This document shows, piece after piece, positions 31,373 through 43,262 of a stretch of 64,000 nt of DNA. The position numbers were made by a program, and so were the translations under genes. The stretch's first letter is position 1, and the number at the start of each line of letters is the position of its first letter. The notes beneath the pieces are model-generated. The model searched no databases. It worked only from the letters and a program-made list of their open reading frames with translations, and had not been told where the DNA came from. Origin of the DNA: Thecamonas trahens ATCC 50062. Taxonomy: Eukaryota; Protista; Apusomonadida. The stretch is taken from the NCBI RefSeq assembly GCF_000142905.1, contig NW_013657641.1, positions 275,810 to 339,809 of the forward strand, read 5' to 3'.

Positions 31373-33892
31373 CTAGCAAGGGTGGTCTGCGGCGGGCCGG
31401 CCGGCTGCATCGGGACGGCCGGCGACGGAGTGGCCGCCACGTTCATGGGCGCAGGTAGCGGAGGGCGCGACGCGGGGACCGACGGCGAGTAGGGCACGGG
31501 GGCGGCGGCGGCATGTCGCCAGCGCATGGCGCCGGGAGCGTCGGCAGCGTGGCGTAGNNNNNNNNNNNNNNNNNNNNNNNNNNNNNNNNNNNNNNNNNNN
31601 NNNNNNNNNNNNNNNNNNNNNNNNNNNNNNNNNNNNNNNNNNNNNNNNNNNNNNNNNNNNNNNNNNNNNNNNNNNNNNNNNNNNNNNNNNNNNNNNNNNN
31701 NNNNNNNNNNNNNNNNNNNNNNNNNNNNNNNNNNNNNNNNNNNNNNNNNNNNNNNNNNNNNNNNNNNNNNNNNNNNNNNNNNNNNNNNNNNNNNNNNNNN
31801 NNNNNNNNNNNNNNNNNNNNNNNNNNNNNNNNNNNNNNNNNNNNNNNNNNNNNNNNNNNNNNNNNNNNNNNNNNNNNNNNNNNNNNNNNNNNNNNNNNNN
31901 NNNNNNNNNNNNNNNNNNNNNNNNNNNNNNNNNNNNNNNNNNNNNNNNNNNNNNNNNNNNNNNNNNNNNNNNNNNNNNNNNNNNNNNNNNNNNNNNNNNN
32001 NNNNNNNNNNNNNNNNNNNNNNNNNNNNNNNNNNNNNNNNNNNNNNNNNNNNNNNNNNNNNNNNNNNNNNNNNNNNNNNNNNNNNNNNNNNNNNNNNNNN
32101 NNNNNNTGGACGGCGCGGAGCTTGGGGTCGGGAGCGGCTCGCGGAGCGGGCGCACCGCCCGGGCCTTCCACACCCCCTTCCCGTTCTTCTTGACCTTGAG
32201 CAGCTGTGGCTGCTGGGTAAAGTGGCGAAAGGCCTCGGCTTTGGGCTCGCCGCGGGCGGTAAACTCGGCCTCGTATGATTCAAACGCAGCGCTGATCTTG
32301 GCCATCATAGCGTCGAGCTCGTCGCGGCGTTCGCGAAGGAGGAGGCGGCGCTCCCGCTCCTCGCGACGGCGCTCCTCCTCTTCTGCGCGGCGGCGCTCCT
32401 CCTCGGCCTCGGCTAGCGCCTGCTCTTGCTGAGCAATGAGGCGCGCCTGAGCGCGCTCCTCGCGACGGCGGACACGCTCTTCCTTCTCGCGGGCGGCAGC
32501 CTCGGCCTCGGACTCGGCCGCGTGTGCGTCGAGGCGCGACGACCGCCGCGCGCGGGTCCCACGCCGCGCCGCCTCCTCGGCCTCGCGCTCGGCGAGCTCG
32601 CGGGCAAGGCGGAGCGAGGCCTCGCGCTCGGCAGCGCGCTCGCGGCCCTTCTTCATCAGGCGCGACGACATCTTGCGCGGGACCAGCGAGCCGGCGTGGA
32701 CTCGCGAGATGCGTGCCTCCTCGGCAGCCTCGGCCTTGAGGTTCGGTAGGATGCGCTTCTTGATGGCCTTGACAAGCTCCTTCTGGTCGAGGTCGCGCGA
32801 TCTGCCCAGCTCCTTCAGCACCGCCTTCCAGTCGTCCTCGCTCGACGCAATGTTCTCCCACAAGTCCGGCTCGTCGTCCGGGGTCTCCGTCTCGCGGTAG
32901 AGGCGCAGCCCGCCAAAGTAGTAGTACTGCCGGTCATCAGCGTCGTAGCCGAGGAGCTCGACCCGCAGGTCGTTGCCATGCATGGCGTGTGCCGCCTCTG
33001 TGACTGGCTTGGAGTACTCGAGCTGCCAGAGGCAGAGCGTGTGGAGCATGCACACCCGGTCCTCCAACGTGATGTCCGAATACGACAGATATGGCACAGA
33101 GCCGTCTTCGTCGGCCTCGAGGTACTCGGCCTCCTCGGCGGCAGCGGCAGCGGCAGCCTCCTCCTCGTCATCCGAAGACGAGCCCATCTCACCGGCGGCG
33201 CGCTTGGCCTCTCTCTCGGCCTTTTGCCGGCGGGCGTGGGCGCGGGCAATCTGGCCGTGCGAGTATGCCGGCGGGCGGAACGGGTTCGAGTCGTCCCAGT
33301 CGTACTCGGCCTCGTAGGTGTCAAAGACCTCTGCGAGGTAGTCGACGTAGGTGAACTCGTCAATGACACGCGACTTTGGCAGCATGGCGCGGAGGAGAGC
33401 AACATGAATATCAGCCAACAGTTGATTGCCAGGCACAACCAAGGCCATCTCTAGATTGGTGACTGTAAACCTGGGACCATCCAGAGCATCAGCAAAGACA
33501 TTACAGAACTGTACAATCGACGGTATCTCCCACATGGTTCTCAGCTCGAGAATTTGCGAGACTACCACCACCAGCACACCCATACCCACACAACAACGAC
33601 GACCACCAGCCATTGCCCCACCAATCACAATGTGAGTCATTCATGTGTACCATGTGGGGGAGGGGGTAGGGGGTAGGGGGTAGGGGGGTGGGGGTGGGGG
33701 GGGGAGGGGAGGGAGGGGAGGGGAGGGGAGGGGCAGGATACTACCATGGGCTAGCCGGCATGGTGGAGGCCGTGGGTGGGTGGGGTTACGGGTGTGGGAG
33801 GGAAGGGGAGAGGGAGGGGAGGGGGGAGGGGAGGAAATGGGGAGTTGGCCTTGCCTACCTTGGTCTGGCGGCAGTAGGCTGAGGTCGCCCAT
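31373..33892 (-). CDS. DDT/WHIM-domain chromatin-remodelling accessory protein (RSF1/CECR2-like); probable intron about 33572-33858; 3' end obscured by a gap
   Basis: LRTMWEIPSIVQFC..F, DIHVALLR, RVCMLHTLCLWQL, LGYDADDRQYYYF..RLYRE. Confidence 0.75.
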
Positions 33893-34028
33893 GGTGGTCG
33901 TCGCCGGGGAGGAGAGGGGTGGCCGGAGCCGGAGGATCGGGCGAGAGGAGGGGGGGGGGGCAGGGCAGGGCAGGGCAGGGCAGGGCTGGAGGGTTTGAGA
34001 TGGATGCCGGGCATGGGGTCTCTCGCAC

Positions 34029-35247
34029 TCACTCGAGCTGCGGCCACCAGGTGGCGGGCACCGGGAGCTGCTTGGTCGAGGTTGGCGAGATGAGGAGGTC
34101 AGCCGAGGTGCGGAGGAAGGCGCGCCAGGTGGGTGACATGTAGTGGTCGGTGACGGCGTCGTCGGACTCCCACACCTCCCAGAACATGACCGTTGACGGA
34201 TCGCCGCACTGCTGCTTCATGTAGAGATGCAGGCAGCCGTCAGCGGCGCGCGAGTCCTTGAGGTAGGTCGAGGCGGCGGCGACAAAGGCGTCGACGCAGT
34301 CGTCGTCGACGTCAAAGACGCGCATGACAACAAGGACGGCCTCGTCGTCGTCGTCGGCAGAGCCCTCCTCCACCGGCACAAACTCAACCTTGGACACGTA
34401 GTTGTCGACGTACTTGCGGAGGCGGTCGATCTGAGCGGTAAGCTCATCGAGCTGTGCCGGCGGCACGCTGGCGGCGGACGCTCCCGCCGCGCCAGGGAAC
34501 CCATCGTCGCGCTCCAGCGCCGGCGACGCCGGCGGGAGCTCGGTCCGATAGGTAAACTGCGAGCCTTGAATGGCGACGCGGACCTCGGGTGTCGGCTGTG
34601 AAGAGATGATGTTGGGCAGCGCCGTGGCCGAGTCGCGCCGCGCACGGTCCTCCAGCGCGTCGACCGCGCGCTCCAGCGGCTGCGACATGGCGTTGAGCTG
34701 GCGGTACGCCTCGCGGAGAAGGAATCGAGTGCGGAACTGATGGAATGCGTCGGCGTTGGCATACTCGGCGGCCGACGCCGAGAGCGCAGAGCCGACCGAT
34801 CGCGTCACCGCATCCAGGGCGTCAAAGAGGCTGACGTACGTCTCGACTCCACCGGAGAACCACTCGCACAGCTCGCGATGATCAATGTTGGCAGACCCGT
34901 CTTCATCGATGCGCTCAAACAGCTCGTCCAGCTGGGCCTTGGTCAGAATGCCGTCGTCAAAATACGCGTGGAATTCCTCCAGCGAGATCTGTGGATTGCA
35001 GAGGCAGGCCAAGCCATGCCTCCCCCCCAAAAGTGAGTCTTTGGCTTGAGTTCTGGAAAAAAAGGCACATTGCTCGCCGTTGCCCAACACACGCCAGGTG
35101 CCAACCCCCCCCCCCTGCCCCTCGTCCTCGCACTCCTTCTTCCATGGCTCTGTGAGAACGTACCCGGTCGTCGTCGTTCTTGTCTGCCCTCCGGAAGATG
35201 TCCAAGAGGAGGTCCATGCCCGGAGCAGTGGCGTCGTTGTCAGCCAT
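34029..35247 (-). CDS. NECAB-like protein (EF-hand pair, NECAB region, C-terminal ABM domain); intron 34989-35163
   Basis: DIFRRADKNDDDR|ISLEEFHAYFDDGIL...IDEDGSANIDHRELCEWF, QFRTRFLLRE, FWEVWES...HY.SP. Confidence 0.85.
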
Positions 35248-35878
35248 GGTATGTCTGTGTGTGGGAGGGTGTGGGGGAGAGTGCGGTGGCGGTGGCGAAA
35301 ACCTGGCTGGAGGGGGGGGGAGGGGGCAGGGGGGCAGGAGGCAGGGGGGTTGGGGGTTGGGGGGGGGGGGGGGAGTGGCTTGTCGATCGATCCTGGGGAG
35401 TGGAGCGTGTGATGGCGAGTGTGATGGCGAGTGTGATGTGTGTGGAGGGGAAGGGGGCAGGGGGGGGTCTGGTGGTGAGGTAGTTCCTTGTATGCGATNN
35501 NNNNNNNNNNNNNNNNNNNNNNNNNNNNNNNNNNNNNNNNNNNNNNNNNNNNNNNNNNNNNNNNNNNNNNNNNNNNNNNNNNNNNNNNNNNNNNNNNNGG
35601 GGAGAGGGGGGGGGGGAGGGGAATGGGCCCGATCTGGGCACCCTGTGCTCATCATCCCCCCTCCCCCTCCCCTCCCCTCCCTTTCCCCCCTCCCTCCCCT
35701 CCGCCCCCCTCTTCTCTCCTCGCATCCGATCGGCGCTCTCTCCTCATCGGTAGCGGCCAAGTGGGTCAGAGTTGGGCGAGCAAGCCGGCGAGACGAGGGG
35801 AGGCAGGTGGCATCGCGGCAAGAGCGGGGAGGCTGGAGGCGAGGGAAGGCACGACTTGACTCGACGTGAGGGAGAAGA

Positions 35879-37507
35879 ATGGCACGTGTGCGTATGTGGG
35901 ATGTGGTATGGGTGGGTATGGTGGTGGTGGTGTGCATGGGCGGGCTGAAGCTCGCACTGGTGCCGAGCTACGCCTCGACCGACTACTACGTCCACCGCGC
36001 ATGGCTCGCCCTCACCCATACCACGCCCATGGCCGAGTGGTACACCGATGCCACCTCGCAGTGGACACTCGACTATCCGCCGTTCTTTGCCTGGTTCGAG
36101 TACCTCCTCTCGCTTGCCATGCCGTACATCGAGCCGTCGCTGGTCGTCAAGATCGACGACGCCGGCGCCGCAGAGCTCGACGCGGCCTCACCCCGGGCCA
36201 AGATCGTCCATCGCGCCACAGTCATGGTCGCCGATCTGGTGCTGGCGCTAGGCGCGGTGTATGCGGTGTATGGCTTTTGGTACCCGTATCCGCCGCGGTC
36301 GTTTGCAAAGGTCGAGACCGTCGACGACTCGGGCACTGCCGGCGGCATCCGCGGCGGCGGCGGGGTGGCGGCCGGCGGAAGCTCGATCTGGTCGTCGCCG
36401 CAGGCTATCTCCCTCGTTCTCATTCTGGGCTCACCGGCGCTGCTCCTGCTGGACCATGTTCACTTTCAGTACAACGGCATGCTCACTGGCTTGCTCCTCC
36501 TCTCGATCGGCGGCGTGACGTCGCGGTCAGGCTACGCGCTGACGGCGGCGGCGTACGCGGCGCTGCTCGGCTTCAAGCATCTCTATCTTGTTCTGGGGCT
36601 TGTCTACACCGTTTTTCTCTTCAAAGCCGTTGTAGTGCAGCCGAGGGCGTCGCTCGGCTCTATCTCCCTCGCGCGGTTTGCGATCCTTGCTGGCATTGTT
36701 GTGGCTGTCCTCGGTGCTGCCTTTGCTCCATTTGTGGCTGCCGGATCGGGGTGGGCCATGCTTGAGCGGCTGTTCCCGTTCAAGCGAGGCCTTGTGCACG
36801 CGTACTGGGCACCGAACGTGTGGGCGCTCTACTGCGGCGCTGAGGTCGCGCTCTCATCCGGCTCGGCAACGCGGCTCACATCGGGCCTTGTGGGCGAGGG
36901 TGCGTTCTCGGTCCTGCCGAGCATAAGCCCCGGCACGACGGCATTGCTCACGGTGCTGGCCATGCTGCCGTCGGTGGCCAAGGTCTGGCTGACGACGCCT
37001 GCGGGCGCGCTCGTCGCCGCCCCCCGCGGCGATGCAGCGCGCTTCCTCCGGTACCTGCAGCGGCCGGCGATTGTTTTTATCCACGGCCTCGTCGAGGTCT
37101 CGCTTGCCTCATTCCTCTTTGGCTGGCACGTCCACGAGAAGGCGCTCATTGTACCGCTCATTCCCCTCGCAGTCCTCGCGCCGACCTCGCCGCGCTACGC
37201 CGGTATGTTCACCTTCCTCCAGGCCGTCGCGCACGTCGCGCTCTTCCCGCTCTTCCCGCCGGGCGTGCTCACCCCGCTCAAGATCGGTGTCAGCGTCTGC
37301 TACACACTCTACATCTACGCCATGCTCTCGCCCGCTCTGCCGAAGCTGTACGTGGCGTATCTCGTCGGCCTTGTTCCCATGCTAGGCTTTGCCTACCTCG
37401 TCGCTCCGCTCGCCCTCCCCTCGCTCGTCTTTCTCCCGACCATGGCCATCTCGCTCTACTGCGCCGTCGGTGTCGTCATGGCCTACCTCTGGATCCTGCT
37501 GTACTAG
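35879..37507 (+). CDS. ALG8: Dolichyl-P-Glc alpha-1,3-glucosyltransferase ALG8
   Basis: STDYYVHRAWLALTH, SQWTLDYPPFFAWFE, DHVHFQYNG, RLFPFKRGLVHAYWAPN, GWHVHEKA. Confidence 0.92.
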   Translation: MARVRMWDVVWVGMVVVVCMGGLKLALVPSYASTDYYVHRAWLALTHTTPMAEWYTDATSQWTLDYPPFFAWFEYLLSLAMPYIEPSLVVKIDDAGAAELDAASPRAKIVHRATVMVADLVLALGAVYAVYGFWYPYPPRSFAKVETVDDSGTAGGIRGGGGVAAGGSSIWSSPQAISLVLILGSPALLLLDHVHFQYNGMLTGLLLLSIGGVTSRSGYALTAAAYAALLGFKHLYLVLGLVYTVFLFKAVVVQPRASLGSISLARFAILAGIVVAVLGAAFAPFVAAGSGWAMLERLFPFKRGLVHAYWAPNVWALYCGAEVALSSGSATRLTSGLVGEGAFSVLPSISPGTTALLTVLAMLPSVAKVWLTTPAGALVAAPRGDAARFLRYLQRPAIVFIHGLVEVSLASFLFGWHVHEKALIVPLIPLAVLAPTSPRYAGMFTFLQAVAHVALFPLFPPGVLTPLKIGVSVCYTLYIYAMLSPALPKLYVAYLVGLVPMLGFAYLVAPLALPSLVFLPTMAISLYCAVGVVMAYLWILLY

Positions 37508-37655
37508 CTTGGCCAGCCCGTGATCGTTGATCATCAATCAGGTGTGTTGATAGCGGGCAGGTGGGAGGGGGGCATGAGGGAGAGGGGAAGGGGGGGGGGG
37601 GCACCACCTCGGCGCCTCTGCCGCCATACCTCTCTCTCTCGACCGGGACAGCACC

Positions 37656-39253
37656 ATGTTGAAGGCTGTGAGACGGATTGGGAAGAAGAGCTTCAAGTTC
37701 AAGTACACTGTCACCGTCCACAGCTGCCAGGTTGTCCACACAGCCAAGATGTAGGTTGTGGGCATGGGTGTGGGTGTGGGGTTGGGTGTGGCGGGAGGGG
37801 GGGGGGGGGGAGGGGGAGGGGCAGGCACTCACTCTGGGTGCGGGTGCGGGTGCGGGTATGGGTGCGGGCGCGGGTGCATGGGCAGGGCGCCGATGCCGCT
37901 GATGGTGGCGTGGACACGGGGTCCGCGCAAGGCCTTTACCCATGCCGGGTTCGTCAAGGCGGGAGTGATCGGGTGGGAGAGCGAGCTGTCGATGGTGGCC
38001 ACGCTGTATCAAGAGTCGGACGGCTCGGGCTTTGAGAAGAAGATGTACAAGTTTGCGCTGAAGGAGGATCAGGGGAAGAAGGGCGGGAAGAAGACGCTGG
38101 CGGCAGTCGAGCTGGATCTGGCCGAGTTTGCGTCATTGGATGCGTCGGCGGTGCGGCAGGCGTTTGATCTCAAGCCGGCGTCGTCAATGGTCCGCTCGGC
38201 CGAGCTCGAGCTGACCATTGCTTGCGCCTTTGTCCGAGAGTCTGCCGACGACGACGCACTGACGCATTTGCGGCCATGTCGTGGCGGACGGCGGACGAGC
38301 TGGCGATGCTCTCGTCGGAGATGGGATCGGTCGACCACGACGGCGCCGGCGAGTCGCGCCGCGAGTCGCGCTATCGCGAAGAGCTCCTCCGCGAGACCGA
38401 GGCATATGGCGCCGATGGCGCCCGAGTCGCCGAGCTGGAGACGCAACTCGAGCTGGCGCAGGCCTCAGCAGACGCCGCCGCGCAGTCGTGGACCGACGAG
38501 CGCGCGGTCTACGAGGCGACCATTGCCAAGCTCAAGAGCCAGGTTGCGCGCGAGAAGGCCAAGGCAGCTAGCATCAAGGACGAGCTGGCCGAGGCGCGGG
38601 CGAGCGCAGGAGCAGCAGGCGGGAGCGGCGGCGGGAGCGACGACGGCAAGTACCGCGCGCTTGCCAAGCAACTCGAGGGCGAGGTTCGCGAGCTGGAGGA
38701 GGACATAACGGCCATCGAGGACGAGAACGAGGTGCTGATGACCAAGTGCCGCCAGCTGGTGGCCGACAAAAAGGCTGCTGAGGCAGAGGCTGCGGCACTA
38801 CGCAAGGAGCTCGTGGCGAGCAAGCAACAGCGCAGTGCGAGCAGCGCAGCCGAAGCCACCGCCGCCAGCAGCGCAGCCGAGCTCGAGGCGGCACGGCAGG
38901 AGGCGGCAGCAGCACGAGTCCAGGTTCGCGAGCTAGAGGCACAGAATGCAGCGCTGGAGCGGCGGCTGCGCGCCATGCCGCAGCTCGCGCGCACCACGTC
39001 GGCGTCGGGCCACATCCGCGACATCGAGATCGAGCGCGAGGCGCTGGGCGTGGAGCTCGAGACCACCAAAGCTGCGCTCCGTGAGCTGGAGGGTGAGCTG
39101 ATCGGCGCCAAGATGGCGTCGGCCGAAGCCGCCTTTGAGCTCGAGACGTTGCGCGGCGAGAAGCGCGGCCTTGCCAAGCAGCTGGCCAAGGCCAAGCTCG
39201 CCTACAACGCGCTCTCGGAGCGGATGACCGAGATGGAAGTCAAGTCGCTGTAG
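37656..39253 (+). CDS. NT-type C2 (EEIG1/EHBP1-like) domain plus coiled-coil protein; intron 37751-37885; 1-nt deletion at about 38268
   Basis: RRIGKKSFKFKYTV, VAWTRG, ATLY, FEKKMYKF, LDLAEFAS; long coiled coil. Confidence 0.8.
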
Positions 39254-39393
39254 AAAGGGCGTGTGCGATGAGGAATACAGACATTGATGGCCGTGTGTGT
39301 GTGGGGGGGGGCTGGGTCAGGTCGAGACGGTTCGGTCGGTCGGCTGACGACAACTCGGGCGACGGGCGGGCGCACCTGTCTCTGCGCTGGCGC

Positions 39394-40417
39394 GATGGGG
39401 GCATGGCGGTGGGTGGTTTGGGCCGGAGCAGGAGCGAGTGCAGGGTATGGGCTGACGCGGTGGAGCGGAGACGGGGTGGGGAGAGGGCTGAGCTGGGTGG
39501 AGCTGGCGGTGGTGGCTGCGTGGGCGGTATGGCTCGTGCACAAGTGCGCGGTGCTGGCGACGAGGTTCGAGGTGGAGAGTGGATGCGAACGGCTGGCCGA
39601 CGGCGGGGAGCCGATCGAGCTTCTGGACGGCTTCACCACACACTCGCGGAGCCTGACTGCCAAGCACAAGTTTACGTATCCGGTGTGGATGGTGCTGGCG
39701 GAGATGACCGAGGATGACGACGACGACGATGGCGACGGCGAACTCTCGCCGTGGATGCGGCGGCTGGCGCGCGACGGCTCGAGGCTCGGCGGGTGGTTTG
39801 GGGTGCGGACCGGCGTGGATGACGAGGTGTGGGGCGCAGGGACAGTGGGCCAGCCGGTGGCGAGGCGGGTGCGTGCAGTGGTGGCGGCGCATGCGCCCGA
39901 GGCAGCGCCGGTGGCGCGGGTCTTCATGCTCTCGAGCGCACAGGCTGCGGGCATGCTTTTCAACCCGATCACGGTCTTCTACTGCTACGATGGCGACGAC
40001 AAGCTCGCGTGGCTGGTTGCCGAGGTGACCAACACGCCGTGGGGTGAGCGGGTGGTGTACGTGCTCCCGAGCGACGGCGAGAAGCGTGTCCGCAAGGCCA
40101 TGCACGTCTCGCCGTTCAACACCATGGGCTACGACTACGAGTTCCAGTTCAACGATCCGCGGAGTGGCGACGGCAGCGCTCTCTCGCTGACGATCACGCT
40201 GAGGAGCGACGATGACGATGCGGCGGCCATGTACGCGTGCCTTGTGCTTCGTCCGGTGGCGGCGAGCTCGCGGCGGGCGTTTCTGGCGCACAAGGCGCTG
40301 ACAGCGCTGCCGCCTGCGGTGGTCACCTGGCTCCGGATCCACTTTGAGGCTGCGGTGTTGTTTGGGTGGCGGCGAGTCCCGTTTGTCAACCATCCCAAGT
40401 ACAGCGGAGGAGAGTAG
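39394..40417 (+). CDS. DUF1365-family protein with N-terminal membrane segment; start uncertain
   Basis: HKFTYPV, FNPITVFYCY, AEVTNTPWGER, KAMHVSPF, RIHFEA. Confidence 0.85.
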
Positions 40418-40439
40418 CTGTGGTTTGCGAGGTGGGTGT

Positions 40440-42153
40440 TCATTGCTCGGCCGAGACGCGGCGCGCGGGCTTGTCGGAGCGTGTTGGCGAGGAGCTTGTG
40501 GCCTTTGGCTGCGGCACAAAGGCCTCGTTGTAGTCGAGGGCGGTGCGCATGTCCTGGTGGTCGATGGACTTGATACCGTGCGGGGCGAGGAGGTTGAGGA
40601 GGTAGGCGCGGACCTCTTCGACGACGTCGAGGCGCGAGGCGTCCATGGACCAGATGGCGACTGAGTTGCCCTTGCGGGCGCGCATCTGGAGGGTGATGCC
40701 CGAGATAAAGTCGAGGTGAACAAACGAGTCGTCGACGGCGGCGATGGTGACGTCCTGCCAGACCGACTTGATGAGGCCGCGGTTCTTGCCGCATTTGATG
40801 AGCCAGCGGCCGCCGTTGACGTTGCGCGGGTCCTCCCACAGCGGCTTGATGCCGGCCTTGAACATGCGGAGGTTGCAGTATGCCGGCATGTCGCGGATGG
40901 GGCGCATCGACTTGGAGTAGCGGTCAAAGCCGGTGGCGGTGGCGAACGAGCCAACGACGCGGAGCGACTCGTCAAACTCCTCGGTGGAGACGCCCTTCCA
41001 CGGACACTCGTCAAACCAAAAGACCCACTTGTACGGGAGCAGGTCCGAGGTCTCGGGCGACTCGGACGAGCCCGAGAGCGAGCGGACTAGGCTCGAGTCG
41101 GGCGACTTGGAGTCTGTGGCGACTGACTCTGCGAGCGACGAGACAAACTCGGAGGTCTCCTGCAAGGTCATGGTAAAGCCTGCGCGCCGCTTGCGGCCGG
41201 GCGCGGCGTGGGCCGGCTCCTGCGACTTTGCGCGCTCGGGCCGGTCTGCCGAGTTGGTCACCGCCACAGCGGTGGCAACCACTTCGGGGTCGAGGTCCAT
41301 GAACGGGATGAACGAAGACGAGCGGGCACGGCGCGAGCGGCGGCGCGAGATCTTGGCCGTCCCGCGGTTCGACTGCTCGTGCGACGACGACGGCGGCGGG
41401 GCACCGCCACTGTTGCGGCCACCGCCGTTGCGGCCACCGCCGTTGCGGCCGCCGCCGTTGCGACCACCGCCGTTGCGACTACCACCGTTGCGGCCACCGC
41501 CGTTGCGGCCGCCGCCGTTGTGACGCTGAGCCCGGCCGCGCTCGGCGTCGGATGACCACGAGGTGCGCCCGTTGCGCTTGCGCCAGTTGTTGCGCCGGCC
41601 GCCGGACTTTCCGCCGTTTCCGCCGCTGTTCCCGTTGTTCCGCGACTTGCCGCCTGTGGAACCTGACGAGCCGGAGCGAGTGCCCGATAGCGAGCGTGTG
41701 TCTGATGGCGAGCGCGACCAGCGGTCGGGTGAGTCTTGGACGGGTGGCTCATGTCCGGCGTCGCCCGGGGGACGGAGATAGTCTCTGTCAACCGGCAGCT
41801 GCTCCCCGGCCGACCACGACGAACCCTTGCCGTTGCGCCACGTGTTTGTGCAGCGGTCAGAGGGATTGGCGGGAGCAGGCGCCTTGCCCGCGCTTGCCCG
41901 CGGCCCACGCGCTCCACCGCCACCCGCGCGGCGAGCCCTGTCGGCCTCGCCAGGCACTTCTTCCGAGACAAAGCGCCTCCGCGGGCGCGGTGGCCTCTGA
42001 GTGGTGGCCTGTGACGAGGATGCGCTTGCCAGCGAGTCTGTAGTCGGGCCGTCAGCCGTGCCCTTGCCCTTATCCTTGTCCTTGCCCTCGGCCGCCTCGC
42101 CCTCCTTCTGCACCACACTCGCCCAAGAGGCCGAGGCCTTTGCAGCAGACGAC
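40440..42153 (-). CDS. Divergent eIF4E-family protein with long disordered N-terminal extension
   Basis: WVFWFD, FKAGIKPLWEDPRNVNGGRW, VAIW. Confidence 0.85.
41411..41520 (-). repeat. 15-bp coding tandem repeat (NGGGR)n, about 7 copies
   Basis: Plus-strand unit gttgcggccaccgcc. Confidence 0.9.
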
Positions 42154-43262
42154 ATAGCCCGACGGGTACACACACTCCAGACCTGTACCCCGTTCCCCGA
42201 GTGTTTCCTCGTACCCCACCGTGAGTTGCTGAAGCGAGGTATGGGCATATGGGCAATCGGGTGTGTACGGGTGTGTGTGGCTGTGTGTGGCTGTGCTGGC
42301 GGGGAATTATTCACCGCCAAAAGCATGTGGAAGGTCAGGGGGGGGGGGGGGCTACCTAGTGTAGGGAGGAGGGGAAGGGGGGAAGGGGGTGTGTGGGTTG
42401 TATGTGTGGGTGGAGAGGGGNNNNNNNNNNNNNNNNNNNNNNNNNNNNNNNNNNNNNNNNNNNNNNNNNNNNNNNNNNNNNNNNNNNNNNNNNNNNNNNN
42501 NNNNNNNNNNNNNNNNNNNNNNNNNNNNNNNNNNNNNNNNNNNNNNNNNNNNNNNNNNNNNNNNNNNNNNNNNNNNNNNNNNNNNNNNNNNNNNNNNNNN
42601 NNNNNNNNNNNNNNNNNNNNNNNNNNNNNNNNNNNNNNNNNNNNNNNNNNNNNNNNNNNNNNNNNNNNNNNNNNNNNNNNNNNNNNNNNNNNNNNNNNNN
42701 NNNNNNNNNNNNNNNNNNNNNNNNNNNNNNNNNNNNNNNNNNNNNNNNNNNNNNNNNNNNNNNNNNNNNNNNNNNNNNNNNNNNNNNNNNNNNNNNNNNN
42801 NNNNNNNNNNNNNNNNNNNNNNNNNNNNNNNNNNNNNNNNNNNNNNNNNNNNNNNNNNNNNNNNNNNNNNNNNNNNNNNNNNNNNNNNNNNNNNNNNNNN
42901 NNNNNNNNNNNNNNNNNNNNNNNNNNNNNNNNNNNNNNNNNNNNNNNNNNNNNNNNNNNNNNNNNNNNNNNNNNNNNNNNNNNNNNNNNNNNNNNNNNNN
43001 NNNNNNNNNNNNNNNNNNNNNNNNNNNNNNNNNNNNGTGTGTGTGTATGTATGGAAGGGGGGGTTCATCGCGAGTGATCATGTTGTGCTTGTGATCGGTG
43101 AGGCGAGGACGATTGATCATGTTCGCGCGCGCAAAGTAGTCGGCTGAAGTGGAGAGGGGGAGGGGGCGGGGCCGGGGAGGGGGGGGGGGAGGGGTAGTGA
43201 CCACACTCGACTGCAGACACCTGCATAGGCTGCCAAGGCAAAGAGACGGGGGACGACAGAGG

